A stretch of DNA of 64,000 nt, taken from positions 675,807-739,806 of the forward strand of contig NW_005434647.1 of the NCBI RefSeq assembly GCF_000315625.1. Reading direction: 5' to 3'. How positions within the stretch are numbered: position 1 is the stretch's first letter; each line of letters opens with the position of its first letter. The position numbers were made by a program, and so were the translations under genes. Of this stretch, positions 38,780 to 52,179 are shown in pieces. The notes under the pieces are model-generated. The model worked only from the letters and a program-made list of their open reading frames with translations. It had not been told where the DNA came from and did not search any database. This stretch comes from Guillardia theta CCMP2712 (taxonomy: Eukaryota; Protista; Cryptophyta).

Positions 38780-41077
38780 TGGGGTAGTAGAATTTGTTGG
38801 GAATCGCAATGGCGATCCCGCGACAAACTGTTTCGAGGATGAATATCTCAAGAATGAAAATCTGTACAATGCAAAACAAACATTTTGTATTTAGAGATAC
38901 ATACAAATTGTCATTCTCTATACTTGTTCGCTTTGTACACGTCTTAATGTTTGACATTTTGTCCTTTCTATCTCTTCTTCCGTAGACTTACAACCAGACA
39001 AAGTTCGTAAACCCTGAAATCTAGGCATTTGTCCTGTGAATCCTCCTCGTGTATCCAAAGATTGAGTATGTATACGTTTCCGAGATCGAGGTTGGGACCT
39101 GCACTCATTCTCTTTGTCCCGTGTTCCTTCCTCTGCGTTGAAAAGCTTCTTCTCCCCACGCACTTAAACTTTTGGCACTTAAACCGTTTTGGTTGAAAAA
39201 CCAATGTACATGGGGACAGGGGGTGTGCTCGCACATCCATCTTGTGCAACCACACTGATGGCATCTTCAGCCAGTCCAGCAACTGTATGCTTGTAAAATT
39301 TCTCATTGTACTTGTACAACTCGTTTTGAAGTTCTGATTCGTTGACAGGCAGATCGCCATTCGCCATTCCCTCCAGTTTTCCTATCAATCGAGGAATTTC
39401 TACATCCATCTGTTCACAGCCTTCAATTACTGTCTTGAGGTAACGTTGATGTGGTGTGAACCTGACATCCTCTGGAGATTCGCCTCCGGTTCTATGCTTG
39501 GCAACAAATGCATTTCGAACCTTCTTGTATGCTTGCTCCATATCACCCTTCCTCTGATGCACACTCTGTTGATCGGATCTCAACATGCCAACCAGCTGTT
39601 CGCTGATATAGTGTTCTGTCTTTCCTGTCAAACAAAACTTTTCCTTGCGATCTTGAAGCAGGTCAAGTCGCTGAGCCAAGTCAGGTTCATGACTTGTTAT
39701 ACCCCCCAGATCTGCTTCACATTCCTCAAACACAGAACAAAATCCTGCATTTATCATTGTTTTGTCGATCGCACAACAATTCACTCCAGTCTGACAATGC
39801 TCAGGATTCATTCGACGGAATTCATCCATCATAAATGTGCACACTCTGGACCTATCATTGCCATGCAGTTTCATGAGATGCCTATCTCGTTTCTGAAGAG
39901 TGGATGTGGATGGCAGAGGTAAGTTGTGTAACATCTGGTCCGTATCAAAAGTTCCAGTATTTTTGTTCCCCGGCCCTGTGAGCAAGCGATATAGACCTGA
40001 GGTGCCGACATTCCAAATTGATGCAGCAAAACTCATGACTTGCTCAGAGTATCGCATGCCTCTAGTGTCCTTTGTTCGAAAGCCTTGTCGTATCCAGTCG
40101 CTCACTATGAATGGCATGATTTGGTGTTTGCTCTTCATGCCATCTCCTTCCTGACTGGCGAACATTACGATATCTGAAACTATGTCGGGAAGCTCAGCAG
40201 AACGGAGGTTATCCATCGCCCTTTCAACATGGCAGATGGTGAGAAAGCACTTGGCAGTAGGACTTTCGTCATTGGATTCTTCAAGAGACTCATGCTCTTC
40301 AAGAATGCTTCGGATGAAATCACGTCTATCCTCCAATGGCATTGACTTGAAGTTCTCGCACATTGTATGTGCGAGGAGAGAGAATGCTGTTTTGATATTG
40401 CTGTTCTGGTCTTGGCTAATATGTTCAGGCCTTACATACCTGCATGTGGCATGTCAGTGCTCTGGTGCATTCCAGCTCGCTGGTTACCTTGAGTGATAAT
40501 CGTGTATTTGCTTTTGTAGCTCGTCAACAGTGTCATAGTGCGAAGTGGCCCAATGTCTGATTTTCTTACACAATGCCTTTTGCTTTTGCCGATGATTCTT
40601 TACTTGACTTCGAAGCTTTTGCGCGTCTATGTGCAGCTGGAATTGATCATGATGCATTTTGGAATCTGCTCCTTGTTGAAACGAGGTGAAGTAATGAAGG
40701 AAACAATTTTTGACGCCCTCTGCATTCTGTCCAAAGAGGTCACCTAGAAGCGTCAACTTTGCTCGTACATGAGAAGTGTTGATGGTATGCTGGCTCAGCT
40801 TGAGATAACTAGCCGCTACTTGTAGCAAGCTATCATCCGCGTCGCTTATCTTCAACGTTGCGTGCCCGATGTTTTGCAGAAAATGTAACAATTTCAGCAC
40901 CAGTGCGTCAGTGAACACTGCATAATCCTGTACAGTTTTCAAGTCGATGTCTTTGAAAGCCCGTCGACAACGTGAACAAGCTTTGATGCAGTGTTCAGGG
41001 ATCGTCCGAATACTGTTCGTACTCTATCTCGTCTTACAAATAGGGCATTCCTCTCTGTCTGCTGTCGTCTTGCTCAT
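38780..41077 (-). mobile_element. Degenerate, intron-containing P-element/THAP9-like DNA transposase relic
   Basis: GMRYSEQVMSFAASIWNVGTSGLYRLL...LPLPSTSTLQKR...NCCAIDKTMI follows the P-transposase RYS..F....Y..L..LPLPS.STL / first-Asp pattern. The N-terminal CPIC...CSRC is interrupted by TAG at 41024-41026, there are stops after 39179, and a short intron lies at ~40440-40486. Confidence 0.55.
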
Positions 41078-41595
41078 GGCAAGGATGCAGAGCAGATTGC
41101 CCGCCAAAATTCGGATTTGAATTTCTCCCCATGGCGCGTCATAGATCTTGCATCGTTGCCTTATACCCCCTGCATGACCACCGCCCTCGATGTGCATCGC
41201 GGTGGATGGGAGGGGTATTTAACTGAAAATTAGTACCAGGTATGGGCTAGAGGCAGTGGTTGGCCCGCGGATGAGATCGAATATAGTAGTTCCACCCCCG
41301 TGACATTGCCACAAAGACTGGACGGGTATGTGGGGGGATGTGGTACCAGATGTGCCACGGTGTTAAAGCCACGGTGTTACACACAAGCACAAGAGTAAAC
41401 ATGCAAAAGGGCGCAATGGTAGAAGGTATGCCAGGACAGGGAGGCATGTGCGGGAAGGGACGAAGTTAAACGATGATTTTAGTAGGAAACATGTATACAT
41501 GCGTGAAACAGCATGCTGTCGTACTGATCTTGACTGATTCTAAATTGTTTCTAGAACAATGGAATGTTCATAATTACCTGCACTCCACGTCGCAG

Positions 41596-43325
41596 TTAGA
41601 GGGAGCCAAAGATACGATTCTTCATAATGTTCTCCTACCTACTGGATACGGAGAGTAAGACGCACTAATCGCAGTTTCCCTGCCGCACCTGACGTTTTCA
41701 ATGGTGTCAGGTACCAAAGGAGAGATATACTCTTGAGCGGGGGGAAGATATCAAGAATAGGCGAAGCTTGCTCCATGGCTGCATCAGCTGCGGAGACGAT
41801 CGACTGCAGCGAGAGGATGGTTCTCCCAGGTTTTGTCAATGCTCACACTCACTCTGTTGAGCATTGGGCCCGTGGTCTGATCCGACCCTTGCCCCTTGAG
41901 CTGTGGGTCCAGCAGCTGATCCGTCATGAGCCAAGAGGATGCTGCGGATGGTTCAAAGAGGAGAGCTGGAGTGCAACGCCTGCAGAAGCCATCGGCCTGT
42001 CTGCCATGCTCTGTGGAGTAGAGGCCTTGATGAGCGGATGCACGGTGGTCCTCGATCACTTGCTCATCAGAAACCTGGAGGACCTCGAGCAAGCAGTGCA
42101 AGCTTACAAGGCGTTGGGGATACGCGCCTTCATCGCTCCCATGCTGGGGGACGACGCCGACATGTACTCCAACTACATCCCAACAGTACCAGATGCTGCT
42201 GAGAGGAACGGTAAGATGCGGGAGGACGGCTCGTGTTGCAGGGGCATGCGGGGGGACGGAAGTTTCCGAACCGAGCGGGGGCAGCGAGATGTCAAGAAGA
42301 CAGAGGAGGTGATAAGGCTGTGGGAGGACGCGGCGACGCGTTTTCATGCTCCAGATGAAGGCATTGAGATAGTGATTGGGCCCGTCACTGTTTACAATGC
42401 ATCATCGGAGCTGCTGGCAGCTGCGACTGAGATCCGGAAGAAGTACAATCTGAGAGGACACATTCACTTGCTTGAGACGAGAGCACAGGCGATGATGGCG
42501 CGACAATGGTTTCCTTCAGGGAGTGCAGTCAAACATCTGCGTGACCTTGGCTTCCTCCAACTCCCCGGCACATCCTGTGCTCATGGCATCTGGCTAGATG
42601 ACGAGGAAGCTTCGATCATGGCGGAGTGCGGAGCTAGCATAGTTCACAACCCTCTGAGCAATCTCAGATTAGGAAGCGGTATCATGCCCCTGCAGAAGTA
42701 CGAGCATGCTGGCGTTAATATCACGCTCGGATGCGATGGCTCGTGCTCCTCAGACGGGCAAGACATGCTCGAGGTGCTTAAACTTGCTACCATCCTGCAG
42801 ACGGTCTCGTCGCCGGAGTACAGAGATTGGCCTCTTCCCTCCAAGACTGCTCTGCAGCTTGCCAGTGCGAACGGATATGCTGCCGTGGGCATGAAAGGCA
42901 AAGCAGGAGAGATAGCTGAGGGGATGGAGGCCGACCTTACCTTGTGGGACCTGACATCGCTAGCATTGCTTCCTCGCACGGACCCCCTCAGTCTCCTCGT
43001 GCTCGGCAGTCGGTCTCAGGCTCCAGGATCGGGCTCGACGCTATCGGACGCTTGGGTTCGAGGGAGACGAGTTATGCGAGATGGTCAACCAGCCGGTGTC
43101 TCGCTGCAGAAGCTGAGGTCTTTTCTGCTCGCTGCTCAGCCTCATTATCGTCATCCCAACGTCACCGAGCCCAGCACAAGCGACATGACGGCAGCGTGCG
43201 AGGAAGAGTATCGAGCTGCTCTGATGCTCTCCCCGCCGGTAGCAGCATGGCCTCCTTCTATGACTGAATATCCCCAGGACAGGGTGATTTACGACTCATG
43301 CATGACAACGCCGGGGACAAGTTGA
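41596..43325 (+). CDS. Metal-dependent amidohydrolase, AtzA/TrzA/MTA-SAH deaminase subfamily
   Basis: VLPGFVNAHTHS (HxH), HIHLLET, AHGIWL, VHNPLSNLRLGSG, LGCDG, GEIAEGMEADL. An upstream exon TILHNVLLP|YQRRDILLSGGKI is present; the true start is further 5'. Confidence 0.9.
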
Positions 43326-43329
43326 CTCC

Positions 43330-43750
43330 CGGCCGGTGACCCAGTGGGCGAGTCCCGAAGTTTCACTGCGCCGGGGTATGAGGCTACCAAGCTGAGAGTC
43401 CCACTGGACTCCGGACATGCTTCCGGACTGAGTTCCTAACTGACTAGTACTCCGTAACTTTCAAGTTTGTATCTGTGTTGAAGCCTCCAGCCGCTTCCCG
43501 GCAACTCGCGAATATAAGCTACCGTGCCGATGCCACTCATGATCAGCGACCTACTAGGCGGCTACTGACGGATGCGATCACGCCGGATCGGACTGTCGAC
43601 CGGCGGACCGCCCGGCCGTCGTACTAGTTCATGTTCGACGGTAGCCTATCTATCTCAGTCTATCTATCATGCTATCGGCCTTGGGCCCGGAAGCCGCCCT
43701 ACTAAGCCGCCCGAAAGAAGCAACGGTTCAAGACCCCGACCTACATGCTC
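43330..43750. other. GC-rich patchwork intergenic island
   Basis: Short palindromes and micro-duplications (gactagtactc, gtcgaccggcggaccg, tatctatct...tatctatc). Confidence 0.55.
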
Positions 43751-44007
43751 CTTGAAAGATAGCAGTAAAGAGACACCCTACCCCCTATATCCACTTCGAG
43801 GTTCCTTATAAACAGTAGGGTACAAAAGATAAGATGTTTAAAATTGTTTTATGCCGCAACCACTGTTGCTAATGAGATCACCCCCTACCCCACAACTTCT
43901 GGATTGATGCACCGGTCCTTACAAGCCAGGTCGCAATGGTCATGTCCCTCCCCCCGATGCGGTTGATATAAAAGAAGGATAGGGAGGGGACGTCGCAGCA
44001 AACAACC

Positions 44008-44559
44008 ATGCCATCCACCCACACCTCCCTTGCTCCTGGCAGCGCCTTCCCCTCCCTGACTCTCCCCAAGGTCGGAGGAGGAGAGGTCACCTTCCCCTAC
44101 AAGAACACCGAGACCCTCGTCGTGTTCTACCGTGGAAACTTCTGCCCCTTCTGCCAGGGCACTCTCAAGAGCCTGCAAGCAGCCCTCAAGTCCTTCGAGG
44201 AGATCAACGTCAAGGTCATCGCGATCTCGGCAGACAAGGAGCCCGAAGCCAAGACGACCGTCGCTAACTGCGGCATCTCCTTCGATGTCGCCTACGGCTT
44301 GGAGCCTTCGACCATGCAGAAGCTGGGACTCTTCATCAGCGACCCGACCAACTACATCGAGCAGAAGCACAAGTTCAGCGAGCCTGCTTGGTTCTTCATC
44401 AAGGAGGATGGCTCCGTGCGCTACCTCGACATCGGCAGTGCTCCGATGACCGCACGCCCTGTCCCGGACTCCATCATCATGGCTGTCAAGTGGGTGCGTG
44501 AGCAGCTCAAGACTCGCCCAGAATTTGGCAAGGTGGTGTGGGGATCAGCTCAGGCTTGA
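44008..44559 (+). CDS. AhpC/TSA (peroxiredoxin-like) protein, copy 2, intronless
   Basis: Differs from the 21513-22064 protein at only 3 residues (S2P, R5H, one E/K near the C-terminus). Confidence 0.9.
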   Translation: MPSTHTSLAPGSAFPSLTLPKVGGGEVTFPYKNTETLVVFYRGNFCPFCQGTLKSLQAALKSFEEINVKVIAISADKEPEAKTTVANCGISFDVAYGLEPSTMQKLGLFISDPTNYIEQKHKFSEPAWFFIKEDGSVRYLDIGSAPMTARPVPDSIIMAVKWVREQLKTRPEFGKVVWGSAQA

Positions 44560-44738
44560 GAAGACTGAGAGAGAGGACACAAGACGAAGCCGACGAGTGT
44601 TATGGACGTAGACTTGAGTGATGAATAAACTGGAAACACTGACAAGCTTTCTCGTTCGTACCGTTCTCACGAATCCTAAGGTATCAGTGCTCGAGTCTGC
44701 AATTTTCACACGCGCATATCGCGTAACTCACAAGGCTA

Positions 44739-47700
44739 TTACTTCATGCTTCCCCATCGACCTGCTTTGGTTTTGCGACCGTCTCCCTGTGTTATTCGAT
44801 GAGAACAACTTGCAAGCTGAATGAAATCGGTCACCGTCGTATCGTTTGCAGCTGGTTTCCTTTTGCCTGTGGTTGGTTCACCCTTCTGTGCCGACCTTTG
44901 GGTGGTTTTGACATCTTCTTCCTCTCCAGAAACCCCTCCGTCAAGTGCAGACTTCCCTGTAAGAAAAATCATCTCAATTTCACAATACGATTGAATTTCA
45001 CACCAAAAGACGCTGGCTTTCGGTTCTGAGAGGGTGGTTTGGGTTTCTTTTCTTTGGCGCCATAGGATACATATTGCTCTTGGTCGTCGACTGGAGACTC
45101 TACCTTGTTGGAGTCGGACGAGTCATCGTCCCTTGTTGATCTAGCTTTGCGCTTGCCACGCGCTGCCGACGTGGCCGCAGCTCCTCTACCACCTCGGGCT
45201 CCTCGTCCCCCTCTAGTTGTTGTAGCGGCTGTCTTTCCTCTCGCTCTCCCTCGAGCCTGTCCTCTTGAAGGACCTAGTCGTAAGTCGTAACTTCCAAGTC
45301 TGTCAAGTCCCAGCAGCAGGAGAAGATACCTTGTTCGGGGAAGTCTGGATCAGAAGCATTCTGATGATCCTCACAGTCCATCTGTTCTGACGATTTCACG
45401 GTCTGATAAACACATCAATAAACGAAAATGCAACATCGTCGGTGACCAATAAAATATTTTCAGCGGATTCGGTGTGAAACTAATTTGCGCAGCATTAGCG
45501 TACAGTGTAAGTCTGAATAATTATCACATGACCCATCGACTGCTTCTTTGATTGCCTGCAGAAGGGGACAATTACACTGTGCTCATTTGATATCAGGGTA
45601 TTGGAGATAACCTTTGCTCCAAGAATGGTTTCAGCTTTTCTAAGCAATCATTTTCGTCTTCGAAAGCTTTGTAGGTTTCGGCATTCCCAACTAATTCTTC
45701 CAACTATCAAAAATTTCAGTTTGAGTCTTATTAGACATTTCACGAGTTTTTCTTGCTAAATGCTAAGTTTCGGTCATTGTCAGGCATCGAGCAGAAAGAG
45801 ACCTCTTTCATTGTCGAAGCAACCATGCCTCCTATCGACTTGTTTTCATCTTTATCGACAAACTCCTTCACAGCATTTAATATCTCATTTCTTGAGAGAA
45901 GCTGTTGCAAAGACTACGTCAGCACAAGTCTCCCAAGATATCAGACCTAACCTGCAATCCGGATTTTTTTGACTTTTCCATATTCTCCAATTCTTCTTCG
46001 ATGAGCGTATTCATGTCTACTCCCTGTCATAAATGAATTAAACTTGTAAGTTAGGCCACCAAAAACCTCAAGGATCTCCACGGGTCGATTTTGTCTTTGG
46101 GAAGACGTTTCTTCTTGCTTCAGTCTTTTTGATTTGCGCCAGAACCTGACTTCAAGTGAATACGTCCTGCACCCGAGCAAAACAGTGATATTGGGATGCA
46201 ATCTCTTACAAGAGCATATCGGACGGATTTGCAACTTTCCAATTGGACAAGGTCTTCCCTGCAAATATCTTCGCATGTTTCGTGCTTGAGCGATCATGCG
46301 ACTGCAATTATTCAACTTTTACCTGCCCGAACCCCCTGGGATGTAACATAGGATAATCCGTGTATTCTACCTGCATAAATACACAGATATTACCAAGTAG
46401 GAATGGCATGTGTGAGCATACCTTCAATCGAATTAGAGGTTGCCTCAGACATTCAGGGGTATCTGGATTATTTTCCTTTGCTCTTTGAATCATTTGTTCG
46501 ATCTGTCATGAACTCACTCGTTGGCAAGCTTGGACAAACCAGGTACCTTTTCAACCAGAAACGCCTTCACACCCTCCTCATTCTGTTTAGGTTTCGGATC
46601 TTGGAGACTAAGGTTACACTCCTCGTATATGAACGGCCGAACATTTTGATGTCTGATCTTGACATGCCTTGACAAAACGTCAGAAAGTAGAATTCGGAAT
46701 CAATTTGATACTTAGTCTGATATTCGCCGTGCTTTCCAAGTCGAATATCAAGAACTGCCATATGCTTGGGCTTCAAAAAAGAGAAATGTCTTACATATCT
46801 AACAGGCAATTCGGGATCCTTAAAACAAATTACAATAGATTCTGCAGCAACTAGCGACGTCTGGACGCTTGACCCTGGCTGAGAAATTCGAACTGTTCCA
46901 TTGTTGGCTGATCGAAAGACAGTCAAGCGCTAAGGCGCACAAAAAGCTAATCACCGCTAGGTTCGGATTCAAAATCTATTCTGCATTCATGCTCATGCCC
47001 CCAAATTATCGCATGCAACCATTCAGGTAAAAGGTTCGCTGGTATGTAATCTTTCCCTTGTTGTGAACGTTGAAACTGCATATAAGTTATGAGAACGCTA
47101 GCGACAATGAAATATGCGCACTCTGTTCTGATGTATGACCATTAGATGAAAATACTCTTCCTTGGGTTCTGTTTTAGAGCAATGCAAGTGAGATTGCATT
47201 CCCTGCCTTGACTCAGGGTGGGTCTACCGGCTCGCTCAAATTTTACCCTGTGGTTACAAAAGTTCTTGAAGAGAGTGTCATAGGAATGATGCAAAAAAGG
47301 TAGAGTAAGCATGCACCTGATACAATCTATCGTCTCGCATGTTCCCAAGTCCATATAGTGCAATCTTTACATTTCCCTTCTTCAGGCAGATTGGTCGTAT
47401 CACGACATTCTCGACGTCTTGCTATGAAAATCCAAAGCATATCACGTTCATGGTGTAGAGTAGAACAATTGTCATGGTCAGGGAAATAGCAATCGGTCCC
47501 TACCTGCTTGCCAAAGTAATTGACCAGCCCAGCATTCCACAGAACGTCCAACGCAGAATAACTGCCTTTGCCAGCCGGATCGTCGTGATTGCCGTGTATG
47601 ATAAACACCTATTTGCGTACAAATCCGCTATCTTAACAAAAACTTGCTCTTGCTTTAAGTCACAAGGAAAAGAATACCGGTAATGATACATTCATGCAAG

Positions 47701-48240
47701 GGTCCTCATAATTCACAAAGCCACCCTGTGATTTGAAATGTCAACCCCAATATTTCATTCAATGCAGCATACATGATGCTTGTCTCCTATCGAATCCAAT
47801 GCTAATGGTTGCAAAGCGACTGGCCTTTCCGAACAAAGTCAATTTTCATAGGGATTTCTGAACCCAAACATGGTGAACCTTTCTCCAAGACAATATTTTT
47901 TGAACATCTTCACGCTCTTCACCATAGTGTTCCTCGATGGTTTATTTTTGTCAAACAAGTCTCCACCAAGCAGCAAAAAATCAGCCTGGATTGTTTGAAG
48001 AAGAGTCAGTGAGTGATCTTTGTTCCTTTTGGCGAGAACCTCGCATCCAGTAGCTCGCTGGAATACTTCTTCCATGGCCAAGAAGCTGTCGTCTTGCCGC
48101 ATCTCGTTGTCTTCAGCATGTCCGAGGTGATTGTCAGTGGAGATGAATATCCTCATGACGTCTTTGCTGGGCGGTGCCATCCTGATTCCTCCCCCTCCTC
48201 CCAGCCATGCTCCTGCTCCCATCGACTCCTGCGCCTCCAT
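44739..48240 (-). CDS. MRE11: Double-strand break repair nuclease MRE11; many short introns
   Basis: [12 protein letters not shown]...RQDDSF...[33 protein letters not shown]...[46 protein letters not shown]|EY, and an RG-rich tail. Confidence 0.96.
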
Positions 48241-48394
48241 AGCTGAGAGACTGCAGCTGATCGGATTATTCGTGGTACGGGTAGTGTGGTTTTGGGGGGT
48301 TACATGGGGGTGGTCGTGTGATGCTGGCACGGTGGGGTGGTACGCGTACCCACAAACCTTTCGAGTTCCCGCCAAAATCACGCAGGAGCGAAAC

Positions 48395-50204
48395 ATGGCA
48401 CAAGTCTGATGCAGAGCCTCGATGTAGAGGAGGCGGCTGAGCTCGGCTAGACGTTCGACGAGCCTACTGCCTTCTTCGATGGCACCTTGAACACTCGTCA
48501 TGGGTCCTCTATACCATGGACAAGAGAAACTTCAAGTGCGTCTCCTCTCCTCAGGTGCCCGGCTGCTTCGTTCCTGACCAAAGTGGCTGCAGCACTCGAT
48601 CCGCATGTAGCCCCTGGTCAGATAGAGTGACTCTATTGGTGAATACCGTTAAACAATGACGAACAATCATTCATGGTCCCAGCTCGTGTGAAACAGCAAA
48701 GTACAACCTCGAGGTCCGTGTGCGAGACTATCAGAAGGTCCTTGGATCTTACGCAAGGAGCACACTACCAAGCAATTCCGTTCGCTTCAGTGCTTTCGTG
48801 GTTCGACTGCTGAAGGTGGACGACAAGCATCAAATTCTTGTCAAGTTTCGACTATCTCCGTCGTAAATATGCGCTTGATTTCTTCCTCAGTTGCTTGTTG
48901 GTTTGTATGATCGTTAGAAAGGTGTGACAATTATTCGGGTTTATAAAGACTCGACTCGGTTCGCCATAGAGAGTGAAAGCATCTAGACGTTCACAGGCGT
49001 GCTGATTAATAGAGAACAAAATTATCCAATTTTCCATATCCAGGAAGATGACGACCGGGTGATGAACGCGTGCCGTTATCCAACATAGATGGGGGCTAGA
49101 CAGTAGGTGAGTACAACAGGGAAGAATCTTCACGTGAAGAAAAGTGAACTGCAGAATCAAACTTATCATTCTCTTCGTCTTCCCCTTTCTCCTCGTTTTC
49201 CTCCAACATCTCGGCCTCCCATTCTCCAAGAAAAGCTACGGGCAATCAGTTCGCTGACAGCTCTCCTGAGACTAGCGTACGGAGATCGCTAGGGCGCAGA
49301 AAGAAGTTCCTTGTATTCATAACCCAATACAAGACTGTTGACTTCCAGCAAAACTTGTCTCAACTGCAAACGATCAGGCCTGCCAAAACCCTGGGCCCCG
49401 CTACTTCATCTTGATAACGCGTCTCTCTCCGACAGGAACATCGCATACTGCGTGGGTTTTGTTCCACGCCGACTCTCTTGGCACCGCCCTCTCAAATTGG
49501 AAGCTTTGGCAGAGACAGCGATAGATTAAGACGGATATAGGAAGGGAGAAAAACTGAGGAAGAAAGAGTAGGTTAAGGAGGTCATTTGGACAAGAAAGAT
49601 TTCATGGGGTGATTGAATCAAGCATGCTGGGGTCTCGGGAAAAGTTAGATTCCAATCTGCCTTTTATGTATAACAACTCACAACGAAAAATTCACAGTCG
49701 TCCATGCGGCGAAAAGAAGACTCAGAAATTCACCTCAAAAAGAAGTCGGCAAAGAATATAATGAATACAAGTCTCACTACTGAACAGATCGCTTGTTTAA
49801 AAGTAATTTTGCTCTGTCATATCAGATGATTCACAGCGATTTCAATGACTTCGAACATTTCCTGGATGGCGGTATCCACACAAGAGGAGAAACATTGTGT
49901 ACACTGATGTGTAGAAATCGAACAAGTATACAGAATGGATATACAAAGTTTGTGGATCCTGAATATACAAATTTTGTTCTGCTGCGTACAAGCTGTTTGC
50001 TCCCGTTCCTCCCTCCCTTCCTGCCTCAGGGCCTTCCTCCTTGCAGTCCCCGGCCTTGATCCTCCCTATTCTCTTCCTCCCAAACCGATTCTCTTACCTC
50101 CCTCCTCTAGAATGTCACGGTTGACAAACCTCTCCCAGGCTTCATTCCCAAATCCATTCACCCATAGAACCCACAGTCTTTCGTGCCTCTGCATGCAGAA
50201 GTGA
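48395..50204 (+). CDS. Possible multi-exon hypothetical gene, head-to-head with MRE11
   Basis: ATG followed by a series of plausible short GT...CTGA(C/G)...AG introns. No continuous frame or domain was confirmed. Confidence 0.25.
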
Positions 50205-52179
50205 TTCGGCCTTACAATAGAGAACATTCAACACAGCTCATGGTATCTAAAGATTCAGGATGTGTGCGGTCATCTACTTCAACTTGCGTCAGCCACAGGT
50301 GCATACTATAGCCTCGGGTTGTGGGAGTTTGATTTTTGAAGCAAAAATCAATTGACTCTAGCTAGTACCGTACATTTCGAAAAGAGGAGCATGTTTTTCA
50401 GCATTGTTTCATTTTTTCAAGAAACGACCGTCTCTTGGTGTCTCTTCTTTTCTCCCCTGGGTCGCGTGACCCCGCGAGATTTCAATCTCCACCCGAGCTA
50501 CCGTCCGCTCACAGTAGTGGTAGCCATGTAGTCTACCAGGCCCGCTTCGAGGACTGCGACCCACCTCTATGAGCTCGAGTACCATCCGGTGCCCAAACTG
50601 TACCGCCGGTGGGAGCTCGGTTCCAATAGTACGAGGCTTGCTAGGTTTCAGTACCAGGACAAGGGGTCATATTTGTAGCTCTGGGTACAAATTGATAGCT
50701 TTTAATAATTATTGTAACCTACACCGCTTCAGACCCTGCGCCCTACCACATGCGCACTGAGGCGGACTGTCCTTGATACCACCGGTTTATGCCCTGGATA
50801 ATGGGGGGGTTCCAGATATTCCCTAGGGTGGGGTAGGATCGGTAGGTCTCCCGCCCTTGCCCTTCGACCTTAAAAAGCAACCAAGTTTCGGACACATTTA
50901 CAAATAAGAAGAATCTTATTAAATACCGGTAATTTAACGAATATTCTCTCTAAATTTGATAAAATCTACCTAAGATAAGGGGGAAATGAAATGAAAAAGA
51001 ACTATTTCGTATTGTAGAAGAGCTCCAAGTTGTTGTAGGGCCTGAGTAGCTTTTTAAGGCCACAAGTCGCTTCCACCATTGCTAGAGGTATAGACTAGCA
51101 GCCCTTGATTGCTGGGTGGGTGGGGTGGGTTTCCAACATGGCACAGAACGGTGGGGTAGTGTGTCCCTTATGTACCGAAAGATTTGTTACATGGGACCTT
51201 CCTGCAAGTCGGGTTGGTGGGGGAAAAGGAGGGTGGGTGGGGTGGAGGCTCCAAACACATTTGGTAGAAAAAGTCGGGAGTGTTGGGGTGGTTGTTGCAG
51301 GCAGGGTAGGGTATTAGGGGACATTTGTTGTACCGGTACTAGAACCCCGGGCTCATTGCAAAAAAAGTGATGAATTGGGTGGGGTGGGAAAGTGGAGAGA
51401 TTGATTATGGGCGGCACTAGGGGTAGTAGGGGTGAAGAGGGTACGGTGAGCAGGGGTCTTTTGTTGGCGAAAATATGTATGATGGGCCCGGGTGCTGGGT
51501 CCATGGGGTAGGGGGTGGGGCAATCAATAAAGGGGCGGGTGTAGTAATGGTCAGGGCAAGGATGGCGGGTTCACACATCAGAGATGAGATAGAGAAGATT
51601 GCAGAAGAGACAGAGAAATACACATGCGTCTAGTTGAAGACAGCTGCAGGATATGATGCATTTGAAAACACATTGTCTGTTATTACTTGAGAATAACTTG
51701 AGAAGTTTGATCCATCTCATTTTGACTGTGCCTCATTGTTAGGACCTTGTGTATGCTGCGCTGCAAGGAAACTGTCCATGTTAGCCCATGATCGTGCGAC
51801 GGATTCATCAACATGTTGTCAAGTTGTGATTGTGTAGTGTTGTAATCTTGTCTGATCTCTTGCTTGAAATCGTCGCTGGTGAAGCAGACTTTGTTTGGAC
51901 TGTTTTCGATCTGTAAGCTAGGTATCATGCGCTTACCTCAAATACGAAAGTGCAAAACAACATTTGCACTCACACTCTGATCGTCCAGGTTGCATCTTGA
52001 CCAAGAGCGCTCTCTTCCTTGCTTGTGGGAAAGTGCATCCGGTGATAACGACGGCTCGGGGTTGGGAACAGTCGTTCAGGAGTGAGGGTCGCATCCTGTG
52101 ACGTCAATTGCCGCGAGAGTGCCCTTCCTTGTGGCACGAGAACAAGAGGACTTAAGTCGGAAGGCCCTCTCGATCGCGG

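Noticed and set aside
14590-41026. TAG reassignment suggested by in-frame TAGs in the BLTP3-like gene and the transposase
   Set aside because: TAG is the normal terminator of OAT, both RWP-RK genes, the kinesin and the DUF179 gene, and long conserved exons contain no internal TAG.
38757-41240. Terminal inverted repeats or TSD around the P-like transposase
   Set aside because: No convincing matching ends found by eye.
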